Of a DNA stretch of 64,000 bases, positions 26,953-36,204 are shown one piece after another (position 1 is the first letter of the stretch; each line of letters opens with the position of its first letter). The notes beneath the pieces were generated by a model. It did not search any database. It was not told the origin of the DNA and saw only the letters and a list, made by a program, of their open reading frames with translations. The translations under genes were made by a program, and so were the position numbers. Source of the DNA: Pseudomonadota bacterium (GTDB lineage: Archaea; Thermoplasmatota; SW-10-69-26; JACQPN01; JAJPHT01); assembly GCA_021325135.1 (NCBI GenBank), contig JAJPHT010000006.1:18481-82480 (forward strand), given 5' to 3'.

Positions 26953-27546
26953 ATGGTGAAGGGAACCTACGTCGCGCTGGGCGTGCTCGCGGCCATCGCG
27001 CTGCTTGCGCTGGGCACCGTCGGAGCCGGCGTCGCGGCCTACAACAACCTCAACGCGCAGAGCGTGGCCGTCGACGCGCAGGCCAAGAACGTGGACGTCA
27101 TCTACCAGCGCAACTTCGCGCTGATCCCCGTCCTGCAGAACCTCACGGAGAAGTACATGCAGAACGAGAAGGACATCCAGACGCAGGTCGCCGCGCTGCG
27201 CAGCGGCCTGCCCACGGCGACCACCGGGAACCTCAGCGTGCGCGACAACTACACGCAGCAGTTCGCGAACCTCGTGGCCCTCGTGGGGAACCGCGCCGAA
27301 GCGTACCCCAACCTCAAGGCCGACCAGCTCTTCGTCAACCTCCAGGACGAGGTCACCAACTCGCAGAACAAGATCGCGGCCGAGAAGCTGCGCTACAACG
27401 ACAAGGCGCAGGAGTACAACACGCTGCGGAACACCTGCTGCTTCCCGATCCTCGTGAGCCACATGGCTGGCTTCGGGCCCAAGGAGTACATCGGCTACTC
27501 CAACCGCCCCAACCAGGTGGACTTCCCCAGCGGGCAGACGATCTAG
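26953..27546 (+). CDS. lemA: LemA family protein
   Basis: N-terminal TM, YNNL, AEAYPNLKADQLF..LQ, RYN; next to the TPM gene. Confidence 0.9.
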   Translation: MVKGTYVALGVLAAIALLALGTVGAGVAAYNNLNAQSVAVDAQAKNVDVIYQRNFALIPVLQNLTEKYMQNEKDIQTQVAALRSGLPTATTGNLSVRDNYTQQFANLVALVGNRAEAYPNLKADQLFVNLQDEVTNSQNKIAAEKLRYNDKAQEYNTLRNTCCFPILVSHMAGFGPKEYIGYSNRPNQVDFPSGQTI

Positions 27547-28016
27547 GGCGCGCCGCGGGAGGGCACGCTGGCCTCGACGAGCGCCTTGATGCGCTGCTGC
27601 GCGGCGCGGATGTCCCGCGCGATCACGCGGCGGATGAACGGGCGGAACAGGCGGAAGGCGAGCATGCTCCATTCCAGCTCGAAGTGCTGCTCGACGCGCG
27701 TGCCCCCCTCCACGGGGAGGAAGCGCCAGCGGGAGAGGTAGTGGCGCTCCAGGGGCGTCGGCGCGGCGTTGCGCAGCGCGAAGAGCGCGGGCGGCTCCCA
27801 CTCCTCGACGACGACCTCGCGCTCGCGGCGCTTGCCCTGGATGACCTGCGCCTCGCGGCCGCGCGCGCCCTTCTGCATCGGCCCCTCGGAGGTCTTCACG
27901 GCCTCGACGGCGGCCGGGTTGAACTCGCGCACGTGGTCGAAGAACCCCTCCGCCAGGAAGCGGAACACGTCCTCGGGGGCGCGCTCGATGACGACCTGCT
28001 CGTCGACGACGATCAC
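27543..28016 (-). CDS. SRPBCC/polyketide cyclase-like protein
   Basis: VVIERAPEDVFRFL, EWEPP, VEGGTRV; GTGA overlap with the SDR gene. Confidence 0.8.
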   Translation of the reverse strand: MIVVDEQVVIERAPEDVFRFLAEGFFDHVREFNPAAVEAVKTSEGPMQKGARGREAQVIQGKRREREVVVEEWEPPALFALRNAAPTPLERHYLSRWRFLPVEGGTRVEQHFELEWSMLAFRLFRPFIRRVIARDIRAAQQRIKALVEASVPSRGAP

Positions 28017-28843
28017 GGGGCTCGCGAGGACACCGGGGCCCCGCCGGATGAGCCTGCCGGGGCGCCGCCGCGCATCCGCGCCTCGAACGCCGCGACGTCG
28101 CCGAAGTAGCGCAGCGCGGTCTCGTGGGACGACGGGTTCGTGTACATCTCCGGCTGGGGGCGATCGATCAGGTCCGCCATCATGTGCGCGACCTCCTCGG
28201 CGCTCTGCACGACCTGGGGCCCGACGCGCTGGCCCGGCGTCCAGGGCTCGCCTCCTCCGCCGCGGACGCTCGTGGGGAAGTCCGTGGCGACGATGCCCGG
28301 CATGACCAGCGAGACGTGGATGCCCGGCCAGCCCTCGCGCAGGTCCATGCGCAGGTTGGCGGTGAGCGCGTTGAGGCCCGCCTTCGCCGCGTTGTACGCC
28401 GAGCGGTACGGCGCCAAGGGGACGCGCCCCAGGAAGCTGCTCACGTTCACCAGGTGCCCCGCCCCCCGCGCCTGGAAGTGCGGCACGATGGCCTGCATGC
28501 CGTAGAGCGCGCTGCGGAGGTTCGCGTCGATCATCGCGTCCAGGTCCTCGTCGGTGAGCGCGAGCACGGGCTTGTTGATGCCCTGCCCGGCGTTGTTCAC
28601 CCAGGCGTCGACGCGCCCGAAGCGGCGGATGGCCTCGTCGCGGACGCGCTCCACGTCCGCGCGCTTCGTCACGTCCGCCGCGACCGCCAGCGCCGAGGGC
28701 CCGCACTCGCGCACGACCGCGTCGAGCTTGTCCTTCGTGCGCGCCGCGAGGACGAGCCTGTCCCCCTTCGCCGCAAGCTGGCGCGCAAGCTCCGCGCCGA
28801 TGCCGCTGCTGGCGCCCGTGATGACGACGACCTTGCCGTCCAT
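28013..28843 (-). CDS. Short-chain dehydrogenase/reductase
   Basis: TGASSGIG, NNAG, YNAAK. Confidence 0.95.
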   Translation of the reverse strand: MDGKVVVITGASSGIGAELARQLAAKGDRLVLAARTKDKLDAVVRECGPSALAVAADVTKRADVERVRDEAIRRFGRVDAWVNNAGQGINKPVLALTDEDLDAMIDANLRSALYGMQAIVPHFQARGAGHLVNVSSFLGRVPLAPYRSAYNAAKAGLNALTANLRMDLREGWPGIHVSLVMPGIVATDFPTSVRGGGGEPWTPGQRVGPQVVQSAEEVAHMMADLIDRPQPEMYTNPSSHETALRYFGDVAAFEARMRGGAPAGSSGGAPVSSRAP

Positions 28844-28950
28844 GGGCGCGCATCGCCAGGTCCACCTTTCTCTCTTGCGTCAGCGGAATTCACAATCCAC
28901 CTCGAATAGTGTCAAGCCGCCCGCGCCCGCTGGGGGCCGCGCGTGAGACC

Positions 28951-29367
28951 ATGACGTACTCCAAGCCCCTCTTCGCCCCGGCGCACAGCGACCGCGAGTC
29001 CGCCGGCTGCTGCTTCTACTTCAACAACGCCGGCCAGGGCTTCTACTACTACCCGAACTCGGGAGGCAACGGGAACGGCAACGTCGCGACCGTGGGCAAC
29101 AACAGCGCCTCCGTGACGCCCCTGTGCATCGCGTCGGGCACGCCCCTCACGGCGCCCCAGACGTTCGGCGTCCCCGCGGGCGTGACGGGCGTCAACGCCA
29201 CCGTGGCGAACGACGGCAGCGCGACGCTCGCCGTGGACACCGCGAGCCTGGGCGGCTCCGTCGCGGGGCAGCCCATCCCGGGGACCCCCACCGGCGCCGG
29301 GCTGCCCACGGGCTGCATCGGCCTGGCGTCGCCCACGACGGGCGCGGGGCTCGCCACGGTGTGCTGA
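28951..29367 (+). CDS. Hypothetical Gly/Thr-rich protein with Cys and aromatic-rich N-terminus
   Basis: Coding-like codon usage; ATG at 28951; convergent with thrS. Confidence 0.65.
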   Translation: MTYSKPLFAPAHSDRESAGCCFYFNNAGQGFYYYPNSGGNGNGNVATVGNNSASVTPLCIASGTPLTAPQTFGVPAGVTGVNATVANDGSATLAVDTASLGGSVAGQPIPGTPTGAGLPTGCIGLASPTTGAGLATVC

Positions 29368-29375
29368 GCGCCCCT

Positions 29376-31271
29376 TCACCCGTGGAAGATGGGCCGCAGG
29401 CTCAGCTTCGCGGGGATGGGGAGCTTCGCGTGGGGGCGGTGCCCCTGCATGTCGCGGGCGAGGTGGGCCAGCTCGTCGAAGCTGACCTCCTTGCTCTCTC
29501 CGGTGCGCATGCGCACGGGGAGCTTGCCCGCGGCGGCCTCCTTCTCGCCGTACACGATGGTGAGGGGGACCCAGTCCTTCTCGGCGTCGCGGATCTTGCG
29601 GCCCACACCCTGGTCGCGGTCGTCCACGTCGACGCGGAAGCCCAGGAAAGAGAGCTTCTGCGCCATCTCCAGGCAGGCGGGGACGTAGGCGTCGGAGACG
29701 GGCAGGAAGCGCACCTGCGTGGGGGAGAGCCAGAAGGGGAGCATGCCCTTCTGCCCCTGAGCGATGCGGCGCGCCTCGGTCTCCAGCAGTGCGTACACGT
29801 TGCGGTCGATGGAGCCCGAGAGGGAGGTGTGCAGGATGAGGGGGTGCTTGCGCTGCCCGGCCTCGTCCACGTACTGGATGCCGAAGCGCTCGCCGTTCTC
29901 GACGTCGATCTGCACCGTGCTGAGCGCGGCGGCCTTGCCCTGCGTATCGACGACGTTGAACTCGAACTTCATGACGAAGTAGAAGAAGCGCTCGTCCCAC
30001 ATCTCGATGAGGATGGGGCGGCCGAGGAGCTTCGCGAGGTTCACGGCGAACTCGCGGTTCTCCTCGAAGAACGACCGGACGAAGCGCACGCCCGCGTTGT
30101 AGGGGACGTTGATGTCGTCCATCCACTGCATGCTGAGCTTGAAGTGGTTGAGGAACTCGGCCTTGGCCTGCTCCATGTCCGCCACGACGGTGTGCATGTC
30201 GGGCATGGTGAACGTGCGCAGGCGCCTCAGGCCGGAGAGCTCGCCGGTCTGCTCGCGGCGGAACGAGTAGTGCGTCAGCTCGTACACGCGCATGGGCAGG
30301 TGGCGGTAGCTCATCGTCGTGTCGTGCATGATGAGGTACTGGCCGAAGCAGGCCGCGAACCTCAGGAAGTACTCCTTGTCCTCGGACTTGAGCACGTACT
30401 GGCGCGCGGGGAAGCGGTTGAGGTACTTCGAGAGCGCCGGGTGCTCGTAGTCGTACATGATGGGCGTCTCGACGCGCATGCCGCCGGCGTCCGCGACGAT
30501 GTCCGAGACGTGCGTCTCCAGCAGGCGCTTCACCAAGGAGCCCTTGGGGTACCAGCGGAAGTTGCCCGGGTCGGAGCCGGGCTCGTAGTCGACGAGCTCC
30601 ATCTCCTTCATCATGCGGACGTGGGGGGGCTCCTGGCCTGCGGCGCGCGTGCCCTGCGTCTCGTGCTTGTGGAACGCCGCAAGCTCGGGGTAGGGAGAGA
30701 AGTCGAAGTCCTTCGCCAGCGTCAGCTCGCCCTGGGGCGTGAGGACGTACCAGTTGGAGACGAGCTTCTTCTCCTTCTTGAGCGCCTCGGACTCGCGGGC
30801 GTCCTCCTTGCCTTCGGCCTTGGCGGCCTCGACCGCCTTGACCTCCTCGGCGCCGATGCTGCGCGAAAGCTCCGAGAGGGGGTGCCCCTTGACCTTCACG
30901 TTGAACATCTTGTACCAGCCGAAGGGCGCGGACGTGACCTGGTAGCCCGCCTCCGTCGCGGCCTTCTTCAGCTTCTCGCCCGCAAGCTGCGCCTTGGCGG
31001 GCGCCGCGAGGCTGCTGCTGAGGTGCGCGTAGGGGTAGAGGACGACCCTCTCGGCCTTGACCTGGCCCGCGACGTCCTTGAGGTTGGCCAGCGCGGCGGC
31101 GACCGCGCCGTCGATCTTGTCCTCGTCGACCTTCTCGACGCTGTACATGACGACGAGGGCGTCCTCGACGCGCGCCTGCTTCTCGGCGTCAGTGAGCGGA
31201 GGCGGGCTCCGGAGGGCCGGCTTCTTCGCCTCGAACTCAATGAAGTCGCTGTGCAGGAAGAGGAGCTTCAC
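29376..31271 (-). CDS. thrS: Threonyl-tRNA synthetase, archaeal type with N-terminal editing domain
   Basis: KLLFLHSDFIEF, YPYAHLS, APFGWYK..KGHPLSELSR, LRFAACFGQ, FRREQ..RLRTFTMPDMH. Confidence 0.97.
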   Translation of the reverse strand: MKLLFLHSDFIEFEAKKPALRSPPPLTDAEKQARVEDALVVMYSVEKVDEDKIDGAVAAALANLKDVAGQVKAERVVLYPYAHLSSSLAAPAKAQLAGEKLKKAATEAGYQVTSAPFGWYKMFNVKVKGHPLSELSRSIGAEEVKAVEAAKAEGKEDARESEALKKEKKLVSNWYVLTPQGELTLAKDFDFSPYPELAAFHKHETQGTRAAGQEPPHVRMMKEMELVDYEPGSDPGNFRWYPKGSLVKRLLETHVSDIVADAGGMRVETPIMYDYEHPALSKYLNRFPARQYVLKSEDKEYFLRFAACFGQYLIMHDTTMSYRHLPMRVYELTHYSFRREQTGELSGLRRLRTFTMPDMHTVVADMEQAKAEFLNHFKLSMQWMDDINVPYNAGVRFVRSFFEENREFAVNLAKLLGRPILIEMWDERFFYFVMKFEFNVVDTQGKAAALSTVQIDVENGERFGIQYVDEAGQRKHPLILHTSLSGSIDRNVYALLETEARRIAQGQKGMLPFWLSPTQVRFLPVSDAYVPACLEMAQKLSFLGFRVDVDDRDQGVGRKIRDAEKDWVPLTIVYGEKEAAAGKLPVRMRTGESKEVSFDELAHLARDMQGHRPHAKLPIPAKLSLRPIFHG

Positions 31272-31309
31272 GGGGACGCACCAACGGCCGCCGCCAGCGG
31301 GGCGCGCCT

Positions 31310-31693
31310 CTATAAGATTGACGGGGGGCCAGACCGCAAGCGGCGCAGCGTCCACGCGCCCGCGCCCGAGGCGAGCAGCCCGCCGGCGAGGGACGCCCAC
31401 ACCCAGCCGCCCTCGCCCTGCGCGAGCGCCCACGCCGAGGCCGCGAGCGCGACGAGCCCGGCCACGAGGAGCCCCGCCCCCGCCGCGGCGCGCAGGCCGG
31501 CGCCCAGACGCGCGCCCGCGACCGCGAGCCCCAGGCCCGCGCCCACGAGGGCGTAGAGGGGCGCGCGCTCCCCCCTTTGGCCGCAGCCCGCGGAGCAGTC
31601 CGCGACGAGGAAGAGGAGCCCGAAGAAGAGGGCCACCAGGGCACCCGCCAGGACGAGGAGGAGGGAGAGCGCGATCCGGGGCGCGTGGCGCAT
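31310..31693 (-). CDS. Small membrane protein
   Basis: About four hydrophobic segments; ATG at 31693. Confidence 0.55.
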   Translation of the reverse strand: MRHAPRIALSLLLVLAGALVALFFGLLFLVADCSAGCGQRGERAPLYALVGAGLGLAVAGARLGAGLRAAAGAGLLVAGLVALAASAWALAQGEGGWVWASLAGGLLASGAGAWTLRRLRSGPPSIL

Positions 31694-31751
31694 GCCAACC
31701 CCATGACGTCGCCCCCACAAGGCTCATCTCCTCCCGGGCCGAGTCGCGGGC

Positions 31752-32150
31752 GTGCACCAGGGCGCCAAGGTGGGGCTCCTCCTCCTTCTCGTCGTGGCCG
31801 GCGGCGCGCTGGCCTACGCCGGGAGCCGCCCCGAGGGCTACCAGGGCGTGGGCGACGTGGTGGCGAACCCCGCGGCCTTCGCGGGGAAGGACCTCCAGCT
31901 CAAGGCCACCGTGGTCGAGGGGAGCGTCAACCGCACCGGGGCGCCCATCACGTTCGTCATCGAGGACGGCCACGCGCGCCTCCCCGTGCAGTGGGACCCG
32001 CAGAAGCCCCTCCCCGACCAGGAGGCGGGCGGCACCATCGAGGGGAAGAACGTCGTCGTCACCGGCTACGTCGTCTCGGACGCCGCCGGCGCGCACCTCG
32101 TCGCGCGAGACCTCAGCGTCGGCTGCGCGAGCAAGTACCGCCCCGCCTGA
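31752..32150 (+). CDS. ccmE: Cytochrome c maturation heme chaperone CcmE, CxxxY variant
   Basis: N-terminal TM, OB-fold pattern VVEGSV...VVVTG, C-terminal CASKY. Confidence 0.85.
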   Translation: MHQGAKVGLLLLLVVAGGALAYAGSRPEGYQGVGDVVANPAAFAGKDLQLKATVVEGSVNRTGAPITFVIEDGHARLPVQWDPQKPLPDQEAGGTIEGKNVVVTGYVVSDAAGAHLVARDLSVGCASKYRPA

Positions 32151-32230
32151 ACCCATCCACCTCCGCACCAGGTGCGCGGCCGAAGGCGCTATCCCCCGGC
32201 CCGCGCCTCCAGGGCCGGAGGCACCACCTC

Positions 32231-32416
32231 TTGCGCACCACGACCACCCTGCTCCTCGTCCTTGCCCTCGGCATCGCCCTCTCCGGCGTCGCCGCGGTGA
32301 TCCCCGGCGCCGACGTCCTCGCCCCCGTGGGCTTCGCGGACGCCCGCGCCTGCCTCATCGGCTCCTCGGGCGACTGCATCATCCCCATCTACTGCTTCAC
32401 GGACCCGTGCCCGTAG
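32231..32416 (+). CDS. Small secreted Cys-rich peptide (61 aa)
   Basis: GGAGG SD before TTG; signal peptide; C-terminus CLIGSSGDCIIPIYCFTDPCP. Confidence 0.6.
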   Translation: MRTTTTLLLVLALGIALSGVAAVIPGADVLAPVGFADARACLIGSSGDCIIPIYCFTDPCP

Positions 32417-32467
32417 GGCCCCTCGCGGCGCGCGTCGGCGCGCCGCCCTTCCTCTTCATAGAAAACT

Positions 32468-32474
32468 CTTAAAT
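32468..32474 (+). promoter_or_regulatory. TATA box (CTTAAAT) with upstream purine-rich BRE-like GAAAA for the sdh operon
   Basis: Sequence GAAAACTCTTAAAT upstream of the SD and start at 32516. Confidence 0.55.
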
Positions 32475-32515
32475 CACCCTGCCCCGGTGGCCGCGCGTTC
32501 TCCGGAGGAGTCGCA

Positions 32516-33376
32516 CTGGCCACTGCCACGTCCTCGCCCACGAGCGAGCCGCTGACCCATCGCCGCGACGCGTGGTGGGCGTTCCCCGCCTTCACGGTCG
32601 TCGTGTACCTTGGCTTCGTCGTGTACGCGACCTACCGCGTGCTGGAGCCCGCCCTCTTCCCGGGCCGCTTCGCGGACGCGCCCTCGTTCTACTTCGCCGA
32701 CAGCGGCGTCCAGAACGGCTACTACTACCTCTCGCCCCTGGGCACGCCGAACCTCACGTTCCTCGTGCCGACGTTCCTCTACTCCATCCACCCCTTCGTG
32801 GCGTCGGTGCTCCGCAGCCCGGCGTTCATCATCCTCCCCTTCCCCGCCCTCTTCCGGTTCACCTGCTACTACTACCGCAAGAGCTACTACCGCGCCTTCA
32901 CCGGGCGCCCCGCCGGCTGCGCCGTGCCCGCCACCAAGGGCTTCGGCTACAAGGGCGAGCGCGGCCTGCTCATTCTCCAGAACGTCCACCGCTGGTTCCT
33001 CTACGCGGCGATCCTCATCACGCTCTTCCTCGCCTACGACGCCATCCGCAGCGTCGTCACGCCCCACGGCCTCTACTTCGGCCTGGGCAGCGCGCTCATG
33101 CTCGTGAACGTCGCCTTCCTCATGGCGTACACGTTCGGCTGCCACAGCTTCCGCCACCTCGTGGGCGGCAAGCTGGACTGCTTCACCTGCGACCCCGTCG
33201 CGCAGACGCGCTACAAGCTCTGGACGCGCGTGACCATGCTCAACAACCGCCACGCCCTGTGGGCCTGGCTCTCGCTCACCACCGTCTGGGGCGTGGACGT
33301 CTACATCCGCTACGTCGTGATGGAGGACAAGTTCGGCATCGCGGCGGCCCTCAAGTCCATGGGGGTGCCCCTGTAA
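32516..33376 (+). CDS. sdhC: Succinate dehydrogenase membrane anchor, Rv0249c/Sdh1 type (CTG start)
   Basis: RRDAWW, TCYYYRKSYYRAF..GCAV, GCHSFRH motifs; GGAGGAG SD before CTG; TAATG overlap with sdhA. Confidence 0.85.
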   Translation: MATATSSPTSEPLTHRRDAWWAFPAFTVVVYLGFVVYATYRVLEPALFPGRFADAPSFYFADSGVQNGYYYLSPLGTPNLTFLVPTFLYSIHPFVASVLRSPAFIILPFPALFRFTCYYYRKSYYRAFTGRPAGCAVPATKGFGYKGERGLLILQNVHRWFLYAAILITLFLAYDAIRSVVTPHGLYFGLGSALMLVNVAFLMAYTFGCHSFRHLVGGKLDCFTCDPVAQTRYKLWTRVTMLNNRHALWAWLSLTTVWGVDVYIRYVVMEDKFGIAAALKSMGVPL

Positions 33377-35241
33377 TGGCGAAGCCTCGCTACGCGGTCC
33401 ACGAGTTCGACGTGGTCGTCGTCGGAGCCGGCGGCGCCGGCCTGCGCGCGGCCATCGAGTCGGCGCGCGCCGGCCGCAAGACCGCGGTCCTCTGCAAGAG
33501 CCTCCTGGGCAAGGCCCACACCGTGATGGCCGAGGGCGGCGCCGCGGCGGCCATGGGCAACGTCGACTCGCGCGACAACTGGAAGGTCCACTTCCGCGAC
33601 ACGATGAAGGGCGGTCGCTACGTGAACTCGTGGCGCATGGCCGAGCTTCACGCCAAGGAGGCGCCCGACCGCGTCCGCGAATTGGAGCAGTGGGGCGCCG
33701 TCTTCGACCGCACCCGGGACGGCTGGATCGGCCAGCGCGCCTTCGGCGGCCACACCTACCCCCGCCTCGCCCACGTGGGCGACCGCACGGGCCTGGAGAT
33801 CATCCGCACCCTCCAGGACAAGGGCGTCCACTCCGGGCTCTCGGTGTTCATGGAGACCACCGTCGTCCGGCTGTTCAAGAGCGGCGACCGCGTCGTGGGC
33901 TGCCTCGCCTACGAGCGCGACACCGGCGCGTTCCACCTCTTCAAGGCCAAGGCCGTCGTGCTCGCCACGGGCGGCTTCGGCAAGGCGTTCCAGGTCACGA
34001 GCAACTCGTGGGAATACACCGGCGACGGCTACGCGCTGGCGTGGCAGGCCGGCGCGGACCTCCAGGACATGGAGTTCATCCAGTTCCACCCCACGGGCAT
34101 GGTCTGGCCCCCCAGCGTGCGCGGCATCCTCGTCACCGAGGGCGTGCGCGGCGAGGGCGGCAAGCTCACCAACACCAACGGCGAGCGCTTCATGTTCCGC
34201 TACGTGCCCGACCTCTACAAGGGCGAGTACGCGGAGACCGAGGAGGAGGCTGACCTCTGGGTCCAGCAGCAGGTCGACCTCAAGGCGGGGACCATCGCCG
34301 CGGCCCAGGCCAAGGCGCGCCGCCCCCCCGAGCTTCTCCCCCGCGACATCGTCGCGCGCGCCATCATGGCCGAGGTCAAGAGCGGACGCGGCACGCCCCG
34401 CGGCGGCGTCTATCTCGACATCTCCTGGCGCGACCCCGAGTACGTCAGGCGCAAGCTCCCCTCGATGTACCACCAGTTCAAGGAGCTGGCCAACGTCGAC
34501 ATCACCAAGGTGCCCATGGAGGTGGGCCCCACGATGCACTACACCATGGGCGGCATCCGCGTGGACCCCGAGACGCAGATGACCCCCAAGGTCAAGGGCC
34601 TCTTCGCGGCCGGCGAGGCCGCCGCGGGCCTGCACGGCGCCAACCGTCTCGGCGGCAACTCCCTCACCGACCTCCTCGTCTTCGGCCGCCGCGCCGGGCT
34701 GCACGCCGCGGAGTTCGCCGCGTCCGCCCCCGCCGCGCCCGTCAACGACGCAGAGGTCGACGCCGCGGTCGACCACTTCCTGTCGTTCGTCGATGGCACG
34801 CCCGGAGAGAACCCCTACAAGGTCTGGGAGGACCTCCAGGTCGTCATGCAGAACAAGGCCGGCATGGTCCGCTTCAAGGGCGAGCTTGCCGAGGCCATCG
34901 AGGAGCTTCAGGCGATCAAGAAGCGCGCCGCGGCGTGCAAGGCTCCCGGAGGCACCGCGTTCAACCCGGGCTGGCACGTCGCCATGGACCTCCAGTTCAT
35001 GGTCATCGCCTGCGAGGCCTCGTGCCGCAGCGCGCTCCTGCGCGAGGAGAGCCGCGGCGGCCACACGCGCGGCGACTTCATCGAGACCAACGAGAAGGAG
35101 TGGAGCGGCCGCAACGTGGTCGCCCGCAACGTCAACGGCCGGATGGAGATGGCCGTCGAGATGATCCCGCCCATCCCCGCCGAGCTCCAGAAGATCGTCG
35201 ATAGCAAGGCCGAGGAGATCAGCACGAAGGGGGTGGCCTGA
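33376..35241 (+). CDS. sdhA: Succinate dehydrogenase/fumarate reductase flavoprotein
   Basis: GAGGAGLRAA, AHTVMAEGG, QFHPTG, HYTMGG, HGANRLGGNSL, ESRGGH. Confidence 0.97.
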   Translation: MAKPRYAVHEFDVVVVGAGGAGLRAAIESARAGRKTAVLCKSLLGKAHTVMAEGGAAAAMGNVDSRDNWKVHFRDTMKGGRYVNSWRMAELHAKEAPDRVRELEQWGAVFDRTRDGWIGQRAFGGHTYPRLAHVGDRTGLEIIRTLQDKGVHSGLSVFMETTVVRLFKSGDRVVGCLAYERDTGAFHLFKAKAVVLATGGFGKAFQVTSNSWEYTGDGYALAWQAGADLQDMEFIQFHPTGMVWPPSVRGILVTEGVRGEGGKLTNTNGERFMFRYVPDLYKGEYAETEEEADLWVQQQVDLKAGTIAAAQAKARRPPELLPRDIVARAIMAEVKSGRGTPRGGVYLDISWRDPEYVRRKLPSMYHQFKELANVDITKVPMEVGPTMHYTMGGIRVDPETQMTPKVKGLFAAGEAAAGLHGANRLGGNSLTDLLVFGRRAGLHAAEFAASAPAAPVNDAEVDAAVDHFLSFVDGTPGENPYKVWEDLQVVMQNKAGMVRFKGELAEAIEELQAIKKRAAACKAPGGTAFNPGWHVAMDLQFMVIACEASCRSALLREESRGGHTRGDFIETNEKEWSGRNVVARNVNGRMEMAVEMIPPIPAELQKIVDSKAEEISTKGVA

Positions 35242-36105
35242 ATGGCCGACGCGCCCAAGGTCGATATCACGGTCCAGCAGCTCACGAGCCAGAAGGGCCC
35301 CGTCGTCATCCAGGCGTCCAAGAAGAGCCTCGTCCACCTGCGCGTCCGGCGCGGCTTGGGGCCCGAGGGCGCCTCCACCATGGAGGACTTCCAGGTGGAG
35401 GTCGAGGAGGGCAACGTCGTCCTCGACGCCATCCACAAGGTCCAGGCCACCGAGGACCCCTCGCTGGCGTGCCGCTGGAACTGCAAGGCGGGCAAGTGCG
35501 GCTCGTGCAGCGCGGAGATCAACGGCGTGCCGCGCCTCATGTGCATGACGCGCATCGAGGAGCTTCCCGAGGGCCCCATCGTCGTGGAGCCCGTGAAGAC
35601 CTTCCCGCGCAAGAAGGACCTCGTCACCGACGTGTCGTGGAACTACCGCGTCAACGAGGCGATCCAGCCCTTCACGCCCCGCGAGATGACGGCGGAGGAG
35701 AAGGCGAAGGGCGAGTTCAACATGAAGCAGGTCGACGTGGACCGCTCCCAGGAGTTCCGGAAGTGCATCGAGTGCTTCCTCTGCCAGGACGTGTGCCACG
35801 TGCTGCGCGACCAGGGCAAGGCGCTTGATCCCACGAAGGACGGCGGCTTCTACGGCCCGCGCTTCACCATCCGCATCGCCTCCCTGGAGATGCACCCCGC
35901 GGACGCCGCGGACCGCGTGCCGCTCCTGCGTCGCGAGGCCGGCGTCGGGTATTGCAACATCACCAAGTGCTGCACCGAGGTGTGCCCCGAGCACATCCAC
36001 ATCACCGACAACGGCATCATCCCGATGAAGGAGCGCGTGGCGGACCGCTACTTCGATCCGCTGCAGCTGGTGATCCGGAAGGTCACCAACACGAGCCGGA
36101 AGTAA
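35242..36105 (+). CDS. sdhB: Succinate dehydrogenase iron-sulfur subunit
   Basis: CKAGKCGSC, CIECFLCQDVC, CNITKCCTEVCP. Confidence 0.96.
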   Translation: MADAPKVDITVQQLTSQKGPVVIQASKKSLVHLRVRRGLGPEGASTMEDFQVEVEEGNVVLDAIHKVQATEDPSLACRWNCKAGKCGSCSAEINGVPRLMCMTRIEELPEGPIVVEPVKTFPRKKDLVTDVSWNYRVNEAIQPFTPREMTAEEKAKGEFNMKQVDVDRSQEFRKCIECFLCQDVCHVLRDQGKALDPTKDGGFYGPRFTIRIASLEMHPADAADRVPLLRREAGVGYCNITKCCTEVCPEHIHITDNGIIPMKERVADRYFDPLQLVIRKVTNTSRK

Positions 36106-36120
36106 CGGCGGCCATCGGCG

Positions 36121-36204
36121 GGGGGTTCAGGGGGCGAAGCCCCCTGACGTCCCGTCTTCTCCCCCCGCGATCAAAGCCTCAGGGGGCTTCGCCCCCTGAA
36201 ACCC
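36121..36204. repeat. Inverted pair of REP-like hairpins (GGTT(T)CAGGGGGCGAAGCCCCCTGA)
   Basis: Copies at 36121-36150 (+) and about 36176-36204 (-); same family as 45218-45312. Confidence 0.85.

Noticed and set aside
31272-32168. Apparent 300-aa N-terminal extension of ThrRS in the ORF track
   Set aside because: It overlaps ccmE (antisense) and another ORF; the conserved ThrRS begins at GTG 31271, downstream of a TATA box.
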